From the NCBI GenBank assembly GCA_963727775.1, contig CAVSHB010000003.1:416001-480000 (forward strand): 64,000 nt of DNA, written 5' to 3'. The stretch comes from an uncultured Nitrospiraceae bacterium. GTDB lineage: Bacteria; Nitrospirota; Thermodesulfovibrionia; Thermodesulfovibrionales; SM23-35. Positions 21,201-32,276 of this stretch are shown here, piece by piece (position 1 is the stretch's first letter; each line of letters starts with the position of its first letter). The notes beneath the pieces are model-generated. The model ran no database searches and was not told where the DNA came from. It saw only the letters and a list, made by a program, of their open reading frames with translations. Made by a program: the position numbers and the translations under genes.

Positions 21201-24200
21201 ACCCCGAAAAGACTGTCGGAAGTTCCATCGGCGTTATACCTCATAACCAGCACACTATTAGAAGAACTCCCGGCAACTACAATCTTACCGTCAGGCTGTA
21301 TGGTTAAAGCGGCGGCACGGTCCCCTCTATCGGGAGTGCCGTTAAAGCTGATTAGTCCGTTTACACCAAAGGTATTGTCCGGGGTCCCGTCAGTGTTATA
21401 CCTCCACACCAGTATACCGTTAGCGCCCCCACCCGCGGCTATAATCTTTCCATCGGACTGAACAGCAACCGCATCGGCCGAAGCCGCGTTGGCAGCGGAG
21501 ACTATGCCCCCATCATTGTCAAAGAGTACGCCATTAGTACCAAAATTGGTGTCCAAAGTTCCATCGGGATTATACCTTAGAATCAAGCTAACTGAATCTT
21601 GATATCCTGCAACCACAATTTTACCATCCTGCTGAATGGCTGCAGCGTATATGACAATCTGGTGTGTGCCTATTGGATTATAGGTCACAACCCCGTTTGA
21701 GCCGAAGGAGGTATCCAGCGTCCCATCAGAATTAAACCTTAAACTCAGCGCAGTATCGTAATTATGTGAATTAGTATTTATGCTAGTCATTCCCTCAATT
21801 ACAATCTTACCGTCCTGCTGTATCGCCACTGCTTGAGCAGCGCCATTGGGATAAGTGACAACCCCATTAGATCCAAAGGTATCGTCTGGTGAACCATCTC
21901 CATTGTATCTAAGTACCATCACATTCCCACCTGATTCACTGCCATACGAACCTGCAACCAACATCTTCCCATCTGCTTGAATGGCCACCCCGCCGACTGC
22001 ATCGTCGTTATCACCCGTCCCTTGATAAGAGGTGACGACTCCGTTAGAACCAAAGGTATTATCCAGAGTTCCATCGGTGTTATATCGCAAAACCAATATT
22101 TCCAAATAATTGCCGCTGTAGGTCTCACCGACAACTACAATCTTCCCATCCGGTTGTATAGCAACTCCCTGACCCCAATCTTCGCCATTCGCCCCGTCAT
22201 ACGTAACAACGCCACTCGGCGCATTGAATGTAGTATCGAGCCCGCCTATGCCAGTAAACGCACTTTGAGTGATCATAACATCCCGCCCGCCAACAGTAAT
22301 CATACCTGTCTGCGATACTATGTTTGTACTTAGCGGTACCGTATATCCTACCTCTCCGTTGCCCATACCGCTTGCACCCGAAACGACCGTTAGCCAAGGG
22401 ACATTGCTTCCGGAGCTTACGGCTGTCCAAGAACATGCGGCTGGCGCCGTTACTGTGATACTCCCTGTCCCACCGTTGTATGTAAATAACTGAATACCGG
22501 CATTCAAGGCAACGGCAGAGCTAAAATTAGCAGTTACTGTTCTGGCCGCATTCATTAATACTGTGCAGTTAGCACCCTCGACGCCATCACATCCCGACCA
22601 GCCCAGAAAAGTTGAGCACGCATCCGCAGTTGCTGCAGTCAAAGTTATGGGCGTATTATATCCATGGTAATATGTGCAGATAGATCCGCAGTTTATTCCA
22701 GCGGGAGAACTCGTTATAGTTCCACTCCCCACGCCGGTATTCGTCACTGTTAGGGGATACCCCTTATTAAACATGGCGGTCACGCTTGTATCAGCATTCA
22801 TTGTTACTGTGCAGCTACCTGTTCCACTGCAGCCGCCACCAGACCAGCCCGCAAAGGCGGAAGTCGCATCCGGCACCGCTGTCAGCGTCACCTGCTGATT
22901 CTGAGCATATATTGTTGAGCACGTCGTGGTGCAGTCCCCACCTGACGACTCTGACCTGTTATGCGGCTCATCTGTCACAGCTGCCCGAATCATCCGATAG
23001 TTTTGCTGTTGGGGAGGCGACAAGCAACCGCAGTCTATTCCGGACGGAGAACTCGTTACGTTACCACCACCGACGCCAGACTCGACCACAGTTAAAGTAT
23101 GAGCTTGAGCAAATGTGGCGGTCACGCCTGTATTGGCATCTATTGTTACTGTGCAGCTACCTGTTCCACTGCAGCCGCCACCAGACCAGCCTGTAAATAT
23201 CGAATTTGCATCCGCCACTGCCGTCAACGTCACTTGCTCATTCTGAGGATATATTGTTGAGCACGTCGTGCCGCAGCTTATACCTGTAAGGTTGCTATTT
23301 ACTGAGCCCGTTCCCGAGCCAGACTTCGTTACCGCAAGCTGAAAAATCGGTATCGTACTTTGCAGTCTAAAGAGAATCACATGAGACGTTGAGCCCCATT
23401 GTGCCTGCCCGGTAACCACTACCTTTCCATCTGGTTGGATGGCAAGGCCATCGCCCTCGGCCCAAAGCCCCGTGGCATTCTCACCCGGGCTTCCGTTATA
23501 GGTAATCGAACCACTCATGCCAAAGGTATTGTCCATTGATCCATCGCCGTTAAACCTGGACACTATCACCTCGGATCCTGTACCTCCGGCAACCACTATT
23601 TTTCCGTCCGGTTGAATCACGGCCGCTTTTAAATAGTCACCGCCGCCGGGAGTGCTGATAGAACTTGCTGCTCCATTGGTGCCAAATGTGCTATCGGGCG
23701 TCCCGTCACCATTATATCTGGCAACCGCTGTTATCTGGCCGTTTTGGCCGGTGCCCGCACCCGCCACGACTATCTTCCCATCCGACTGAAGGGCAACTGC
23801 TGCACCATTCATAGGGATCAGATTGGCGACAATACCATTTGAACCGAAAGAGCTGTCTATGGTTCCATCCGCGTTGAATCTGAAGATCAATACGCCTCCG
23901 GTTGCCACAACTACTATCTTGCCATCCGATTGAATAGCCACTCCATTAGCAGAAGCGCCATCCCAACCACCCATCGCACTTCCAAATGTGATGGCGCCGC
24001 TCGTGCCGAAGCCGTTGTCCAATGTTCCATCAGTGTTGTACCTCACAGCCAGTGCAGCCGCGTTTGATGCCCCCACAACTATGATTTTACCGTCTGGTTG
24101 TATAACCACAGAAGAAAAAGAAGAGCCTGCTTCATATGTAACCGCGCCGTTGGTACCAAACGTACTATCGAGGACCCCCTGCCCGCTGTATCTTAAAACC

Positions 24201-25645
24201 AAGCCAACTCCCGCATGATAATCGCTCGCTGCGATTACGATCTTGCCGTCCGGCTGTATGGCAACTGAGTTACCTCTGATCCAATTACCTTCTGCAATAT
24301 GATACGTAACGACACCGGATGACCCAAATGTATCATCCAAAGTCCCGTCGGGATTGTCTCGCAACACAAACATATCGCGAGTCGCGCCGTCCACCGAGGT
24401 TACGCCTGCAACTATAATTTTTCCATCCGGTTGAACAGCCACCGCGTTACCAGAATCGCTTCCATTCACGACGCCGTTACTATAAGTCGCAGATCCGTCC
24501 GGATTACTAAATGTAGTGTCAAGACTGCCCATGCCCGTGCGCTTAACTGTAAATGACCGTCCTACAGCCGTCACGGTGCCAACGAGATCCGGGCCGGCAG
24601 CGGCCATGTAGCCTACCGTGGCTTCGCCTGTACCGCCGCTGGCAGATATCGTTATCCACGGCACGTTGCTCATGACGAGCCACGGGCAGGACGGGCCGCC
24701 AGTCACATTGAAATTCCCGGCTCCCCCATAAAAAGGAACTGTCGCGCCTGTCGGTGTTATCATTAAACTCCCGTGGCAACCCTCGATCTGCGGAGTAATA
24801 GTTACAGTGATACCCGCAGAGGGACTTTCGACGTTACCAAGATTGTCCACTGCCCGGCTCATAATAGTATAGGCTCCCGCATGAGCCGGCACCCAATAGT
24901 AGAACCAGCTATTTGTCATTGTTGCGGGCTGCCATGTTGCTCCCCCATCGGTCGAGACATTGACCTGTGTGATGACCCCTCTGCCGGTATCGGATGCAGT
25001 GCCATATATCCAGATAGGAATACCGGCCGGCTGGGTGTATCCATTTGCAGGTGATGTTATCTGCGAGGATAGTATTTGCGAGGTCGGCGGCGGCGTTGTA
25101 CCGGGTTGCACAATTCCTGTGCCACTTAAAGGTACTGTGGTCGTGAGGGTATTGGGATCACTGAATGAGATAGAGAGATTTGCGCTCTTGCCACCAAGCG
25201 TTACCGGGGAAACTGTGACCTGCAGCGTGCAGCTTGTTGACGGCGCAAGTGACGTTCCCGTACAATTATCATTCGCTATGTTAAATGCAATAACATCATT
25301 GCCGTTGAAACCGGTTGTGCCAACTTGCAAGGTGTCTGTTCCAGTATTGGTGACCGTGAATGTTTGTGTTGATGATGTGCCGATAATGATATTTCCGAAA
25401 TTATGAGAAGCGGGAGTCGCCGATGCCGTATAGAGCTCCTTCTGAATCAGATTGCCAACTCCATCATAGATATATTTAACAACTGCCCCGTTACTGCTCA
25501 CCTGTATGAGGCGATTCACATCATCATAGGTGTAAATGAGTGGGTCGGCAGAGGAAATAGAGACGGTTAACTGCATGATTGATAGAACCAATGATAAGGC
25601 CAACAAAAAGCTTCTTACCAGCTTACAATTTGTTTTCAATTGCAC
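15245..25645 (-). CDS. Giant secreted multidomain surface protein (3466 aa): YD hairpin, choice-of-anchor-D/Ig, BACON-like, two delta-60 propellers, InlB-B-like repeats, WQKTYGG propeller, Ig repeats
   Basis: Signal peptide; repeated [16 protein letters not shown] (delta-60), [13 protein letters not shown] (InlB-B-like) and [21 protein letters not shown] motifs. Confidence 0.85.
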   Translation of the reverse strand: MQLKTNCKLVRSFLLALSLVLSIMQLTVSISSADPLIYTYDDVNRLIQVSSNGAVVKYIYDGVGNLIQKELYTASATPASHNFGNIIIGTSSTQTFTVTNTGTDTLQVGTTGFNGNDVIAFNIANDNCTGTSLAPSTSCTLQVTVSPVTLGGKSANLSISFSDPNTLTTTVPLSGTGIVQPGTTPPPTSQILSSQITSPANGYTQPAGIPIWIYGTASDTGRGVITQVNVSTDGGATWQPATMTNSWFYYWVPAHAGAYTIMSRAVDNLGNVESPSAGITVTITPQIEGCHGSLMITPTGATVPFYGGAGNFNVTGGPSCPWLVMSNVPWITISASGGTGEATVGYMAAAGPDLVGTVTAVGRSFTVKRTGMGSLDTTFSNPDGSATYSNGVVNGSDSGNAVAVQPDGKIIVAGVTSVDGATRDMFVLRDNPDGTLDDTFGSSGVVTYHIAEGNWIRGNSVAIQPDGKIVIAASDYHAGVGLVLRYSGQGVLDSTFGTNGAVTYEAGSSFSSVVIQPDGKIIVVGASNAAALAVRYNTDGTLDNGFGTSGAITFGSAMGGWDGASANGVAIQSDGKIVVVATGGVLIFRFNADGTIDSSFGSNGIVANLIPMNGAAVALQSDGKIVVAGAGTGQNGQITAVARYNGDGTPDSTFGTNGAASSISTPGGGDYLKAAVIQPDGKIVVAGGTGSEVIVSRFNGDGSMDNTFGMSGSITYNGSPGENATGLWAEGDGLAIQPDGKVVVTGQAQWGSTSHVILFRLQSTIPIFQLAVTKSGSGTGSVNSNLTGISCGTTCSTIYPQNEQVTLTAVADANSIFTGWSGGGCSGTGSCTVTIDANTGVTATFAQAHTLTVVESGVGGGNVTSSPSGIDCGCLSPPQQQNYRMIRAAVTDEPHNRSESSGGDCTTTCSTIYAQNQQVTLTAVPDATSAFAGWSGGGCSGTGSCTVTMNADTSVTAMFNKGYPLTVTNTGVGSGTITSSPAGINCGSICTYYHGYNTPITLTAATADACSTFLGWSGCDGVEGANCTVLMNAARTVTANFSSAVALNAGIQLFTYNGGTGSITVTAPAACSWTAVSSGSNVPWLTVVSGASGMGNGEVGYTVPLSTNIVSQTGMITVGGRDVMITQSAFTGIGGLDTTFNAPSGVVTYDGANGEDWGQGVAIQPDGKIVVVGETYSGNYLEILVLRYNTDGTLDNTFGSNGVVTSYQGTGDNDDAVGGVAIQADGKMLVAGSYGSESGGNVMVLRYNGDGSPDDTFGSNGVVTYPNGAAQAVAIQQDGKIVIEGMTSINTNSHNYDTALSLRFNSDGTLDTSFGSNGVVTYNPIGTHQIVIYAAAIQQDGKIVVAGYQDSVSLILRYNPDGTLDTNFGTNGVLFDNDGGIVSAANAASADAVAVQSDGKIIAAGGGANGILVWRYNTDGTPDNTFGVNGLISFNGTPDRGDRAAALTIQPDGKIVVAGSSSNSVLVMRYNADGTSDSLFGVNGIITYNDAVSGGDSGKGMALQPDGKIVVVGERSNGDAGDVLVLRINGNSTNVSTSNQTYTLTLNEPGLGTGTITSNPSGINCGSTCSSLYLQGQHVTLTAVADLISTFAGWSGGGCSGTDTCTVTMNADTSLTATFNQKVPVTVTKSGSGSGTITSSPSGMDCGSICTYYYGNNMTVALTATPDAGSVFVGWSGGVCSGSGTCAITMNNGANVTAVFMPIQPQISVSPASFNFGNAPVGTSLPVTIAISNSGAANLNITSMTLSDSVNYALNINGGSNPCGSATATLSPSASCTVTVTFSPQSTGIFNSTFTISSNDPVNPTTSVPLSNSSGAQSTWAKTYGSAADNESVSVIQRTTDGGYIVAGNTNSFGAGGLDAWVMKLDSTGFVQWQKTYGSPGDEWFDSIQQTTDGGYIASGYTDSFGAGNGNAWVIKLNADGTIAWQNTYGGTIYDEAQSIQQTTDGGYIVGGGTSSFGAGNGDVWVMKLNADGTIVWQKTYGGANYDWANSIQQTTDGGYIVAGGTNSFGVGNCNAWIIKLNADGTIAWQKTYGGANCDWANSIQQTADGGYITSGYTDSFGAGNTTAWVIKLNTDGTIAWQNTYGGATYDAANSIRQTTDGGYVVAIDTESFGNGGDNLLLMKLASSGNVGPGFPGTWQNIYGGAGYIWPISAQLTADGGYIVAGDTNSSALGFTNIDVLKVDLYGNMSGCTAGLIGGTNISGFATNATVTNTSVIGVDTSVTPQASSAVAAGTNVSGGGVCTGSQEYMLAVTNMGTGTGAVTSNPSGINCGAACVGSFNSSTLVTLTAAPGANSAFAGWSGGGCSGTGTCTVTIDAPSYVIATFNINTISPSKTVPVSDITSPQSGATLPVSSPLRITGTAADTGGGVVTQVKVSTDGGMTWQAATGTTSWSYTWTPTQTGPFTIMSSAVDNTGNVESPSAGTTVNIVTMTSVLDHIVISPAMATIGPRGSQSYTATGFDVSNNSLGDVTGSTTFTISPDGSCTGSTCTATMAGAHTVTGTYSGKTATASLTVNAGALSSMTISPATATISAGASESYTAQGSDTYRNSLGDVTASTIFTISPDGSCTGSTCTATVAGAHTVTGTNGGVTATSSLTINPGAVVAFSLTAPVIATAGKAFDLTVTAKDNYNNIVADYLGTVHFTSTDLHAGVVLPGDYVFQSSDNGSHIFASGVVLETSGTQTVTGIDTVISSVTGTSGSIAVSPNVATKFSVTAPASATAGVAFDITATAKDAYGNTVTVYGGSVQFTSTDAQAVVPVNYVFQPVDNGSHTFSAETTLKTTGSQTVTATDSAMPAINGTSGSIAVQPGALDHISISPATATINSGGTQSYTAQAFDQYGNSLGDVTGSTVFSISPDSSCTGATCTATMAGAHTVTGTYSGKTATASLTVNAYVITASSDANGSISPSGPVSVVYGANQAFTITPNTGYHISSVLVDGASVGAVANYTFSYVTANHTISASSAINTYTVTPSAGSNGSISPNTPQTVNYNATTAFTVTPNLGYQIAAVSGCGGTLSGSTYTTGPITLGCTVSASFVTGTYTVTAAVGGDPTGGTVTPSSQSVSYGGTATFTVTTNTGYTASVSQGTLSGSTWTIPNITAAQTVTVTFTRNPNAVTVQLMDSQGNPLSGGVVQYYSGSWKAFGTTDATGRVTQVLSSLTTYSFSMTYGGATQQKSQNVSTNSTVVFQTTKVTVELLNSANNLMDTGTVQYYAGSWLNIGSTSGGLVTKELLPLTYSFSMTYGGAMQQVSQNIATNSTVVFQTTKVTVELLNNANNLMDTGTAQYYAGSWINIGSTSGGVVTKELLPQTYSFSMTYGGATQQVSQNIATNSTVVFQTTKVTVELLNSANNLMDTGTVQYYAGSWLNIGNTSGGLVTKELLPLTYSFSMTYGGATQQVSQNVATNSTVVFQTGDVHSDSGSCIQYYAGSWRTFTQDMQLLPVSYTFHFNDATPNASYTIVTGTVNHIH
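15270..16300 (-). repeat. Four tandem 222-bp (74-aa) repeats plus a degenerate terminal copy at the C-terminus of the giant protein
   Basis: Anchor motif recurs at 15481, 15703, 15925, 16147 (period 222); peptide QYYAGSW...[17 protein letters not shown]. Confidence 0.9.
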
Positions 25646-25819
25646 TAGCCACCCCCGGTATTAGGTTTTTCGACAATATCAACGTACTCGTAAAAGTTAA
25701 CCGAACCTCCGTTAAACCCAATTGCATCTTCGGAGACGAATCCCGACCGACCCTCTTATGGCTATTTAAATTTACCACCGTTATGAAATGGTCTCCTGTT
25801 TTAAAAACTTATGGTGGGT

Positions 25820-26506
25820 TTATAAAACATTTTGTCCTTTTTGTGGTTTATCACCACTTTTCTCGATTTTTCTAATTTCCTTCTCGGCATATTTCTTATT
25901 TCGCTGATTTGTTGTTAGTCTTAATCCTTTTTGAAATTCATCCCTTGCATCTTGTAACTGTCCTTTGCCCAGATAAACATACGCCATATTAAAATGAGCA
26001 CCATCAGCATCTGGATACTCTTTCAGTATTTCTCTACAATAATACTCTGCCATGTCATACAAATTAAACATGCGGTATAGATTTGCAAGCTCATTATAAA
26101 CACTCAGCAAATTGTTATCAAAAAATCTAAGTGCTTCTTGGATCGCCTTTCCCGACAAGGAATCGTCATACAATAACTTATAAATCAAGCTTTGAAGAAT
26201 AAACCGTGGGCCACTTGGTTTAATTGAAATTGCTTTATTGCAGGATTCCAGGGCATCTCTAAATAATCCTTCTTTGATTTGCGCTGACGCAAGACCTGTA
26301 TAAGCATAAGGATTGTCAGGTTTCAATCTGATAGCCATATTATTAAACCTTATTGCTTTTTTGTAATTCTTTCTTTTGACATTTAAGAAATAGGCATAAT
26401 CAGTAAAACATAACGATTTTATATCACTGATTTTTTCACCAGCCATAAACATAGAAAAAATCCTTTCAAGTATGCTTAAAAAAACAAGTATTCTTTCCAC
26501 AATCAT
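25820..26506 (-). CDS. TPR-repeat protein (candidate RHS immunity/partner)
   Basis: TPR motifs (AIRLKPDNPYAYTGLA, AHFNMAYVYLGKG); AT-rich; directly downstream of the RHS gene. Confidence 0.75.
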   Translation of the reverse strand: MIVERILVFLSILERIFSMFMAGEKISDIKSLCFTDYAYFLNVKRKNYKKAIRFNNMAIRLKPDNPYAYTGLASAQIKEGLFRDALESCNKAISIKPSGPRFILQSLIYKLLYDDSLSGKAIQEALRFFDNNLLSVYNELANLYRMFNLYDMAEYYCREILKEYPDADGAHFNMAYVYLGKGQLQDARDEFQKGLRLTTNQRNKKYAEKEIRKIEKSGDKPQKGQNVL

Positions 26507-26605
26507 AACGCTAAAAACCTCTCCGGAAATCGACGCCGCAGATCACCAGTAATAGCTTATTTCTGAGCGCCAAAAATAAGCCGATGGCTTTTTGCTTTAG
26601 AACCT

Positions 26606-29600
26606 TTAACTTGCGCACCTCTTATTAGGAGGTTCCGTATGAGGATGGGGTGGTTCCGGGTGACTCCACCAATTCCAAGGCCACCACGGATTATCATACC
26701 ATTGAGGTGGAGGTCGAAGCGGATCGCTCACTCCTGGCTCCCATCTAGGATTCCATTCGCTCCAGCCAGGGTCATCTGGACTTATTGGCCGGAGTCTAAA
26801 CCATTTTGTCTCTCCCAGTAAAACCGGGTCAATGCCGATAAAGACTAACCCCAAAGGATCGATTCTGTTTATGGGACTATTTGCCGCATACGAATAAAAG
26901 TTAATCGAACCTCCTGCCAACCCTATTGGGTCTTCGCTCACGAATCTCTGTAACTCGGGGCTATAATACCTAGCTCTGTAGTAATAAAGCCCTGTCCCAT
27001 CATTTTCTCTACCTGTGTATTGAAAAGGATTGTCAGAAACCTCCCCTATTATAGTGACCTTTCCAAAGGGGTCATAAACATACTGTGTCATAATTGCCCC
27101 ATTTTCATCAGTCAGCGCTATTACCGAACCTAATGCATCTCTCTGATAGAACCTGTACCTTATCAGCCCGTTCGATTCTATCCTTGCCAGCGGCTCATCA
27201 ATATTAAGCGTCCTGATGTAATCAACCGTGGGAAGCCCATTCTCGATCTCCTGGACGATATTTCTTCCATCATAGACATACTGGATAGTACTGCCATTAA
27301 TAGTTTTATGTATCCTTCTGCCCAACGCATCGTATATGAACGACGCAGTGAGTGCCGAACAATCTGTCTTGAACCCATTGATACCAGTTAACCTATTCCT
27401 CGCATCCCATGCGTAGGTAGTCGTCCCGCACCCGTTTATCCGGGAGGTCATATTGCCGTTGGCATCATAGGTAATATTATCTGTATCAAAGGTCAGCATT
27501 TGATTAGCAGCATTATACAGAATATTTGAAACGGGGAGAGTAGGTATAGGCGGACTTACTGAAAGCCTATCCGTAGTTGTCCTGTTTCCATTCGCATCAT
27601 AGGAGTAGTTGATAGACTCTAGTACAGCCTCAACGGGATTAAGATGCTGAAGATTTAAGAGACGACTTCCGTTATCGTAGCTATAGGTTGTCATTACTCC
27701 GTTTGCCAGTGTCAGCGTCGCACGTCTGCTGAGGGCGTCATATCCAAGAATGAAGTTCAGAGCATTTCCGCTGATTGTGGTGTTTATCTCGGTCAAACGG
27801 CTGTCTCCGTCATAACCGTAGTTGACTGTCGGCTGTCCTGCTACAGTCATGCTTGCCCTTCTGCCCGCCCTGTCATAAACATAAGAGACGCTTCCGAAGG
27901 GTGTTGTCTCACTGGTTATTTTATCGGTAGTACCTGCGCTACATCCTGTGTCGCAGCCGGTTATAGTATAAGCGTAGGTTATCACCCCGGATACGCTGTC
28001 GTTGATGGTAGTCAATCTGCCCAGCATGTCATAGGTATAGGTTGTGTAGCTTCCGTCCGCATAGGCCGCATTTATCACTCTGTTCAGCGAATCGTATGTA
28101 TAGGCGGTCATCTGTCCTTTCCTGTCCGTTACGGTATGGAGGTTGCCGAACTGGTCATAAGTATAGGATTCGATATTTCCCAGTTGATCGGTCATCTTCA
28201 CGGGTCTTCCCAGATAATCATAATCATACCGTATGGTGTCCTGTTTTGCGTCGGTCACTGTTGCGATCTGGTCGTCAATTGTATAGGTATAGGCGGTGGT
28301 GCCGCCGAGAGCATCAGTAACCGTTGCTGGTCTACCCATGGAATCATAGATATAACTGGTGGTTTTCCCTTTAGGGTCGGTTATGGTTAAGAGCTTTCCA
28401 GTGGTGTCGTAAGTGAAAGTGGCAGTGTTTCCCAGTGGGTCTGAGAAGCTCAGGAGATTGCCTTTTGCGTCATAGGTAAGGCTGGTCACGTTACCCGCAG
28501 CGTCGGTTATGCTAGTCGCCTTTCCCCACGTATTGTAAGTATAGTAAGTTGCATTGTTCATAGGATCTATCATGGTGATCATATTACCGTTATTGTCGTA
28601 GCCGTAGTTGGTGGTATTGCCCTCTGGATCTGTCTTTGAGATAACATTCTTGTAATAGTCGTAGGCATACTTTGTCTCGGCACCATTCGGTCCTGATATA
28701 TCAGTCAGTATGGCAAGATTGGTGTCATACGTGTATTTCCATGTGCCTTCGCTATCTGTAATGGTTAATTGGCTAGTCTGCAATGCCGGGTTAGAATAAC
28801 TATAGGTTTTGGTGCCGTAAGGGCCGATGGATGCGGCAAGTCTCGCGCCCGTGTCATATTTATATGACGTGACATTCCCCTTCGGGTCTGCCTTTGCTAG
28901 CATCAGCCCATCGTAATTCCAGGCATTGCCCGCAGGGTCAATTATCGAGGAGAGATTGCCTGTTGTTGGATCGTAGCTTATTACAGTCACCCTAGAGGCA
29001 GGATCCACTACTGCGACGATCTTACCATCTTCGTAAGCCAGACCAATGGTTCTTCCATAAGGATCAGCGATGGATGTAAGAAAGCCTGCCGTATAAGTGA
29101 GCGTGACCGTGTTGCCGTTTCTGTCGGTGATACTCAGAAGTTTCCCCGAAGTTGAATCGAAGAGATAGATTGTCCCGTCTTTCTCCGTAAGTTGATATTG
29201 TACTCCATTCGTACTGAGAGTAGAGTAGTCTCCCGGCTGAGAGGTGTAAAGGTTGCCGACCCGGGTATATAACCTTTTCGTGCCGGTTCCTTCGGTTACC
29301 GTTATTGAATCATCGCCATTTTTGACAAGGTATGTATAATATGAATGGCTCCAATTTCTCCCAAGGGGGCCCGTGATCGGACCGGCACTGCTGTAATACA
29401 AAGTCATACCCGGCATAAGCCCCGTGCCACTTATGGAGAAAAGGTTGACACTGTCGGAAAGGTTGCCGCTTATTGCGTTGACCATAGAATTAGCCGGCTG
29501 ATTGCTTCCGCAACATGAATCTGCGCTACCACAACAAGAGTCGGTGCTACCTAGGCAAAGAGGAGGAAAACACTCACACTCAAGACAACACGAGGCCCAA

Positions 29601-29848
29601 ATATCCCCAAAATAACCCGACGCCCAAGTACATGTCTGACTATATCCTGGCCCACACAACCCAGAACGACAAGAATCAGGCTCATTATAATTACCTAGAT
29701 AATCACAAGGACAACCAATATCACACCAACCCACAGCATGAGCCTTCGTACAACTCCCATGAAAAAAACCGATAAGCATGACGAAAAAAAACAAGATGAT
29801 AATGAACTTCACACGAATCCGATCACTTTTCTCATCCTTTTTATACAT
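26606..29848 (-). CDS. RHS/YD-repeat protein with N-terminal signal peptide and Cys-rich region
   Basis: DUF6531-like PLGRNWSHSY, many YD repeats, RHS core FQYTGRE..GLYYYRARYYSP...RFVSEDPIG...YAANSPINRIDPLGL. Confidence 0.92.
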   Translation of the reverse strand: MYKKDEKSDRIRVKFIIILFFFVMLIGFFHGSCTKAHAVGWCDIGCPCDYLGNYNEPDSCRSGLCGPGYSQTCTWASGYFGDIWASCCLECECFPPLCLGSTDSCCGSADSCCGSNQPANSMVNAISGNLSDSVNLFSISGTGLMPGMTLYYSSAGPITGPLGRNWSHSYYTYLVKNGDDSITVTEGTGTKRLYTRVGNLYTSQPGDYSTLSTNGVQYQLTEKDGTIYLFDSTSGKLLSITDRNGNTVTLTYTAGFLTSIADPYGRTIGLAYEDGKIVAVVDPASRVTVISYDPTTGNLSSIIDPAGNAWNYDGLMLAKADPKGNVTSYKYDTGARLAASIGPYGTKTYSYSNPALQTSQLTITDSEGTWKYTYDTNLAILTDISGPNGAETKYAYDYYKNVISKTDPEGNTTNYGYDNNGNMITMIDPMNNATYYTYNTWGKATSITDAAGNVTSLTYDAKGNLLSFSDPLGNTATFTYDTTGKLLTITDPKGKTTSYIYDSMGRPATVTDALGGTTAYTYTIDDQIATVTDAKQDTIRYDYDYLGRPVKMTDQLGNIESYTYDQFGNLHTVTDRKGQMTAYTYDSLNRVINAAYADGSYTTYTYDMLGRLTTINDSVSGVITYAYTITGCDTGCSAGTTDKITSETTPFGSVSYVYDRAGRRASMTVAGQPTVNYGYDGDSRLTEINTTISGNALNFILGYDALSRRATLTLANGVMTTYSYDNGSRLLNLQHLNPVEAVLESINYSYDANGNRTTTDRLSVSPPIPTLPVSNILYNAANQMLTFDTDNITYDANGNMTSRINGCGTTTYAWDARNRLTGINGFKTDCSALTASFIYDALGRRIHKTINGSTIQYVYDGRNIVQEIENGLPTVDYIRTLNIDEPLARIESNGLIRYRFYQRDALGSVIALTDENGAIMTQYVYDPFGKVTIIGEVSDNPFQYTGRENDGTGLYYYRARYYSPELQRFVSEDPIGLAGGSINFYSYAANSPINRIDPLGLVFIGIDPVLLGETKWFRLRPISPDDPGWSEWNPRWEPGVSDPLRPPPQWYDNPWWPWNWWSHPEPPHPHTEPPNKRCAS

Positions 29849-29859
29849 ATATATTCTCC

Positions 29860-30012
29860 TCAGAAGTCCCTTTTAGGTACCGAAAGAGCATCAGGAGACT
29901 TCAGACAGCCGGAAGATGGATCCATAGCCTTCGCACAATCTCCTGCGTACGCATCATGAACTAACGATACCAAGGAAAAGAGCAGAATAAAAAGTAAAAA
30001 AAAGAGTCTCAT
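29860..30012 (-). CDS. Small secreted peptide (50 aa, 2 Cys)
   Basis: MRLFFLLFILLFSLVSLVHDAYA signal with AYA cleavage site; ends 11 nt before the RHS start. Confidence 0.5.
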   Translation of the reverse strand: MRLFFLLFILLFSLVSLVHDAYAGDCAKAMDPSSGCLKSPDALSVPKRDF

Positions 30013-31050
30013 TAGCCGTAAGAGATGTCCTGGCGTGATTCTAAAAAGTTCGGTTATACCTGAAATCAATTAGCCCCTCCTGAAAGACAACTCGAAACAA
30101 TGGCTAAGCCGCCGCCATATCGGGAGATCCAGCCACGTTCTGCTTTTGACTATAGTACATCAAGTTCACCAGATAACCTGCTTTTCATCCCCTGTTTTTC
30201 CTGCTGTCTCCTTGGACTTCCACACAGTCCCTTCTTCTTGAAGAAGACTCCTCGCCCCACACGAAAGCGGTATCTCCCTGTACGCTGTCAGCAACAGAAT
30301 GTCAACAATTCATAACCTTTTCCAGGCGTTGATATTTAACTGTAAATCGCCACATTTCAATAATAATGGGATGAGGATTTCGTTTTTCCAGTTTTTATCA
30401 TTAGCTAAATATCGTCGTCAGTTTACGGGTTATGCACCCATATGACCAATTTATAATATTTATTGATTCATTAAGTAATTTGATGCGTTTCCCGTTTTAT
30501 GAATAAGATTCAGCATTACACAGATTCGTTATATCCGGTTTTCACTGCCCCACGAGAAGGTCCATAGGAGCACCGGCTTAAGTTTCAAGACAATTGACAT
30601 AGTATCCTCAAGAATAATCACACTCCTCAAATTCATACTCCCGCTCTGAATGATCAAAATTAAGACAAAGAATAGCACGAACTCTGAGGGCTTGTCTGTA
30701 GGGAGAGTTTGACTTTTTTTGTAAGGGAAGTTTGACATTAAAAAAATTATTACGAAGGAGCAAGAAGAGATAATCTTTCGCATCGTTGACAGAAACAGAT
30801 ATTTATCTGCTAGGTTCCAAAAGAAATCATTGTAATCGATAAAGAAACTTTTTCTTATGTTTCGAAACGAAATGTTTATATGCAGGAATTTATCGGAGGA
30901 GGATTTCTACGTGAAAGGTTGCGCTCAATGGAAAATCCGACAGGAGTTTAGTATAGGGAGGAATGAACATCCGCTCTCATTTTCCGAAAGTGTTGAGTAG
31001 GAACGGTACTCATCAAATCTCAATAAAGGATTAAATCTTCCTTATCTGCT

Positions 31051-31314
31051 TTATCCTTTTAACTTCTTGTATACTTCGGCATCGTTGCGTTTACCGACAA
31101 GAATGAGTCTTAACGTGTCTACTTGGATGTCATAGATTATCCGGTATTCTCCAACGTCGTTCCTCAGGAAAGGATAGCCTCGCAATTCCTTTGAATCATG
31201 GGGCCGAGGGTCATCGAGAAGATCAAAGATTTTGTGGACGATCTGACGAAATTGCTTCGCGGGCAGGTTATCGAGAAACTTGTGTGCCTCCCTACTTATC
31301 TGCAGTTTCAGCAC
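31051..31314 (-). CDS. RelE/ParE family toxin
   Basis: PRPHDSKELRG..RNDVGEYRIIY...GKRNDAEVY. Confidence 0.85.
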   Translation of the reverse strand: MLKLQISREAHKFLDNLPAKQFRQIVHKIFDLLDDPRPHDSKELRGYPFLRNDVGEYRIIYDIQVDTLRLILVGKRNDAEVYKKLKG

Positions 31315-31564
31315 TAAGCTTTCCTTTTAACCACTTAGTTGTTTCTTTTTGGGTCAAGAACCCACCTTTCAGGGACTTCGCGGCTCTTTCACCCCAATAG
31401 CGGTCTTCAAGCTCAGTTAGTCTTTGATATTCAGCAACTGACATAAGCACTGCGACAGGTCTGCCTTTTTTTTCGATGGCTACTGGTTCAGTCATCGCCA
31501 TTTCTATCAGATGCCCAAATCTGTTTTTCGCTTCTGTTGCTGCTGCTTCTTTCACTATAATCAC
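31292..31564 (-). CDS. Phd/YefM family antitoxin
   Basis: ATEAKNRFGHLIE...EPVAIEKKGRPVAVLMS; overlaps the toxin; imperfect palindrome upstream (31575-31595). Confidence 0.88.
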   Translation of the reverse strand: MIIVKEAAATEAKNRFGHLIEMAMTEPVAIEKKGRPVAVLMSVAEYQRLTELEDRYWGERAAKSLKGGFLTQKETTKWLKGKLSAETADK

Positions 31565-31864
31565 CTCTCAGCTAATATGGCTATTTTAGCTATATGATAT
31601 TAAATTTAAACAAACTAGTCAATATAGTATTTTTTGTAAAGTGCGGGTGGGATGTTTTATCTCGCCAAAAAATCTTTATTTCCGGAAATAAGACCGGGGC
31701 ATATGAGAAAATGGTTGAGAGATTTAACAAATGGCCGTTCGATCCAATGAACGGCATAAGAGGCATACCAGATGGGTTTTGAAGTCACTGAATATTGAGC
31801 GACGGCTTCAAAATTCAAGGCGACCAGGTGCATGCCGATTCACAAATTATCCACTATAACCTTT

Positions 31865-32191
31865 TTACCACAGCTTTCTGGTTCCTGCCACCGTATACCG
31901 CTTCACATTTGTGCCAGGCTCTCTCAGCAAAAATCCTTTTGTGAAGCCAAGCAGCGCACCAAGCTTGTAGATATCGACTGCCTGCGCCTCCACGTGAATC
32001 AATTTAAGTCCGCCTGCAATCCACGTTCCTACGGGTGATAGCCCTAAAAGCCAACCGCCTATACCGCCGATGATTGAAAACATGATGATGCCGGTGAGGT
32101 TGTTAGGAATCATGGCCAAGGTATTGAAAACCGCTAAGACAATAAATTCAGGCCAAGTGACATATTCTTCATTTTGATAGCGTTCTCTCAT
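31865..32191 (-). CDS. Small membrane protein
   Basis: Hydrophobic Gly-rich segments, AGGAGG RBS. Confidence 0.55.
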   Translation of the reverse strand: MRERYQNEEYVTWPEFIVLAVFNTLAMIPNNLTGIIMFSIIGGIGGWLLGLSPVGTWIAGGLKLIHVEAQAVDIYKLGALLGFTKGFLLREPGTNVKRYTVAGTRKLW

Positions 32192-32276
32192 GTGTCCTCC
32201 TTATCCTATGAAGCTAACTCAGTGTTTATTCTTTGTCTATAAAACATTTCTTTTATGAACAGAAGGAACGCTCCTG

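Noticed and set aside
30100..31050. Short ORFs upstream of the RHS gene run
   Set aside because: No motifs, weak starts; more likely AT-rich regulatory or decayed sequence
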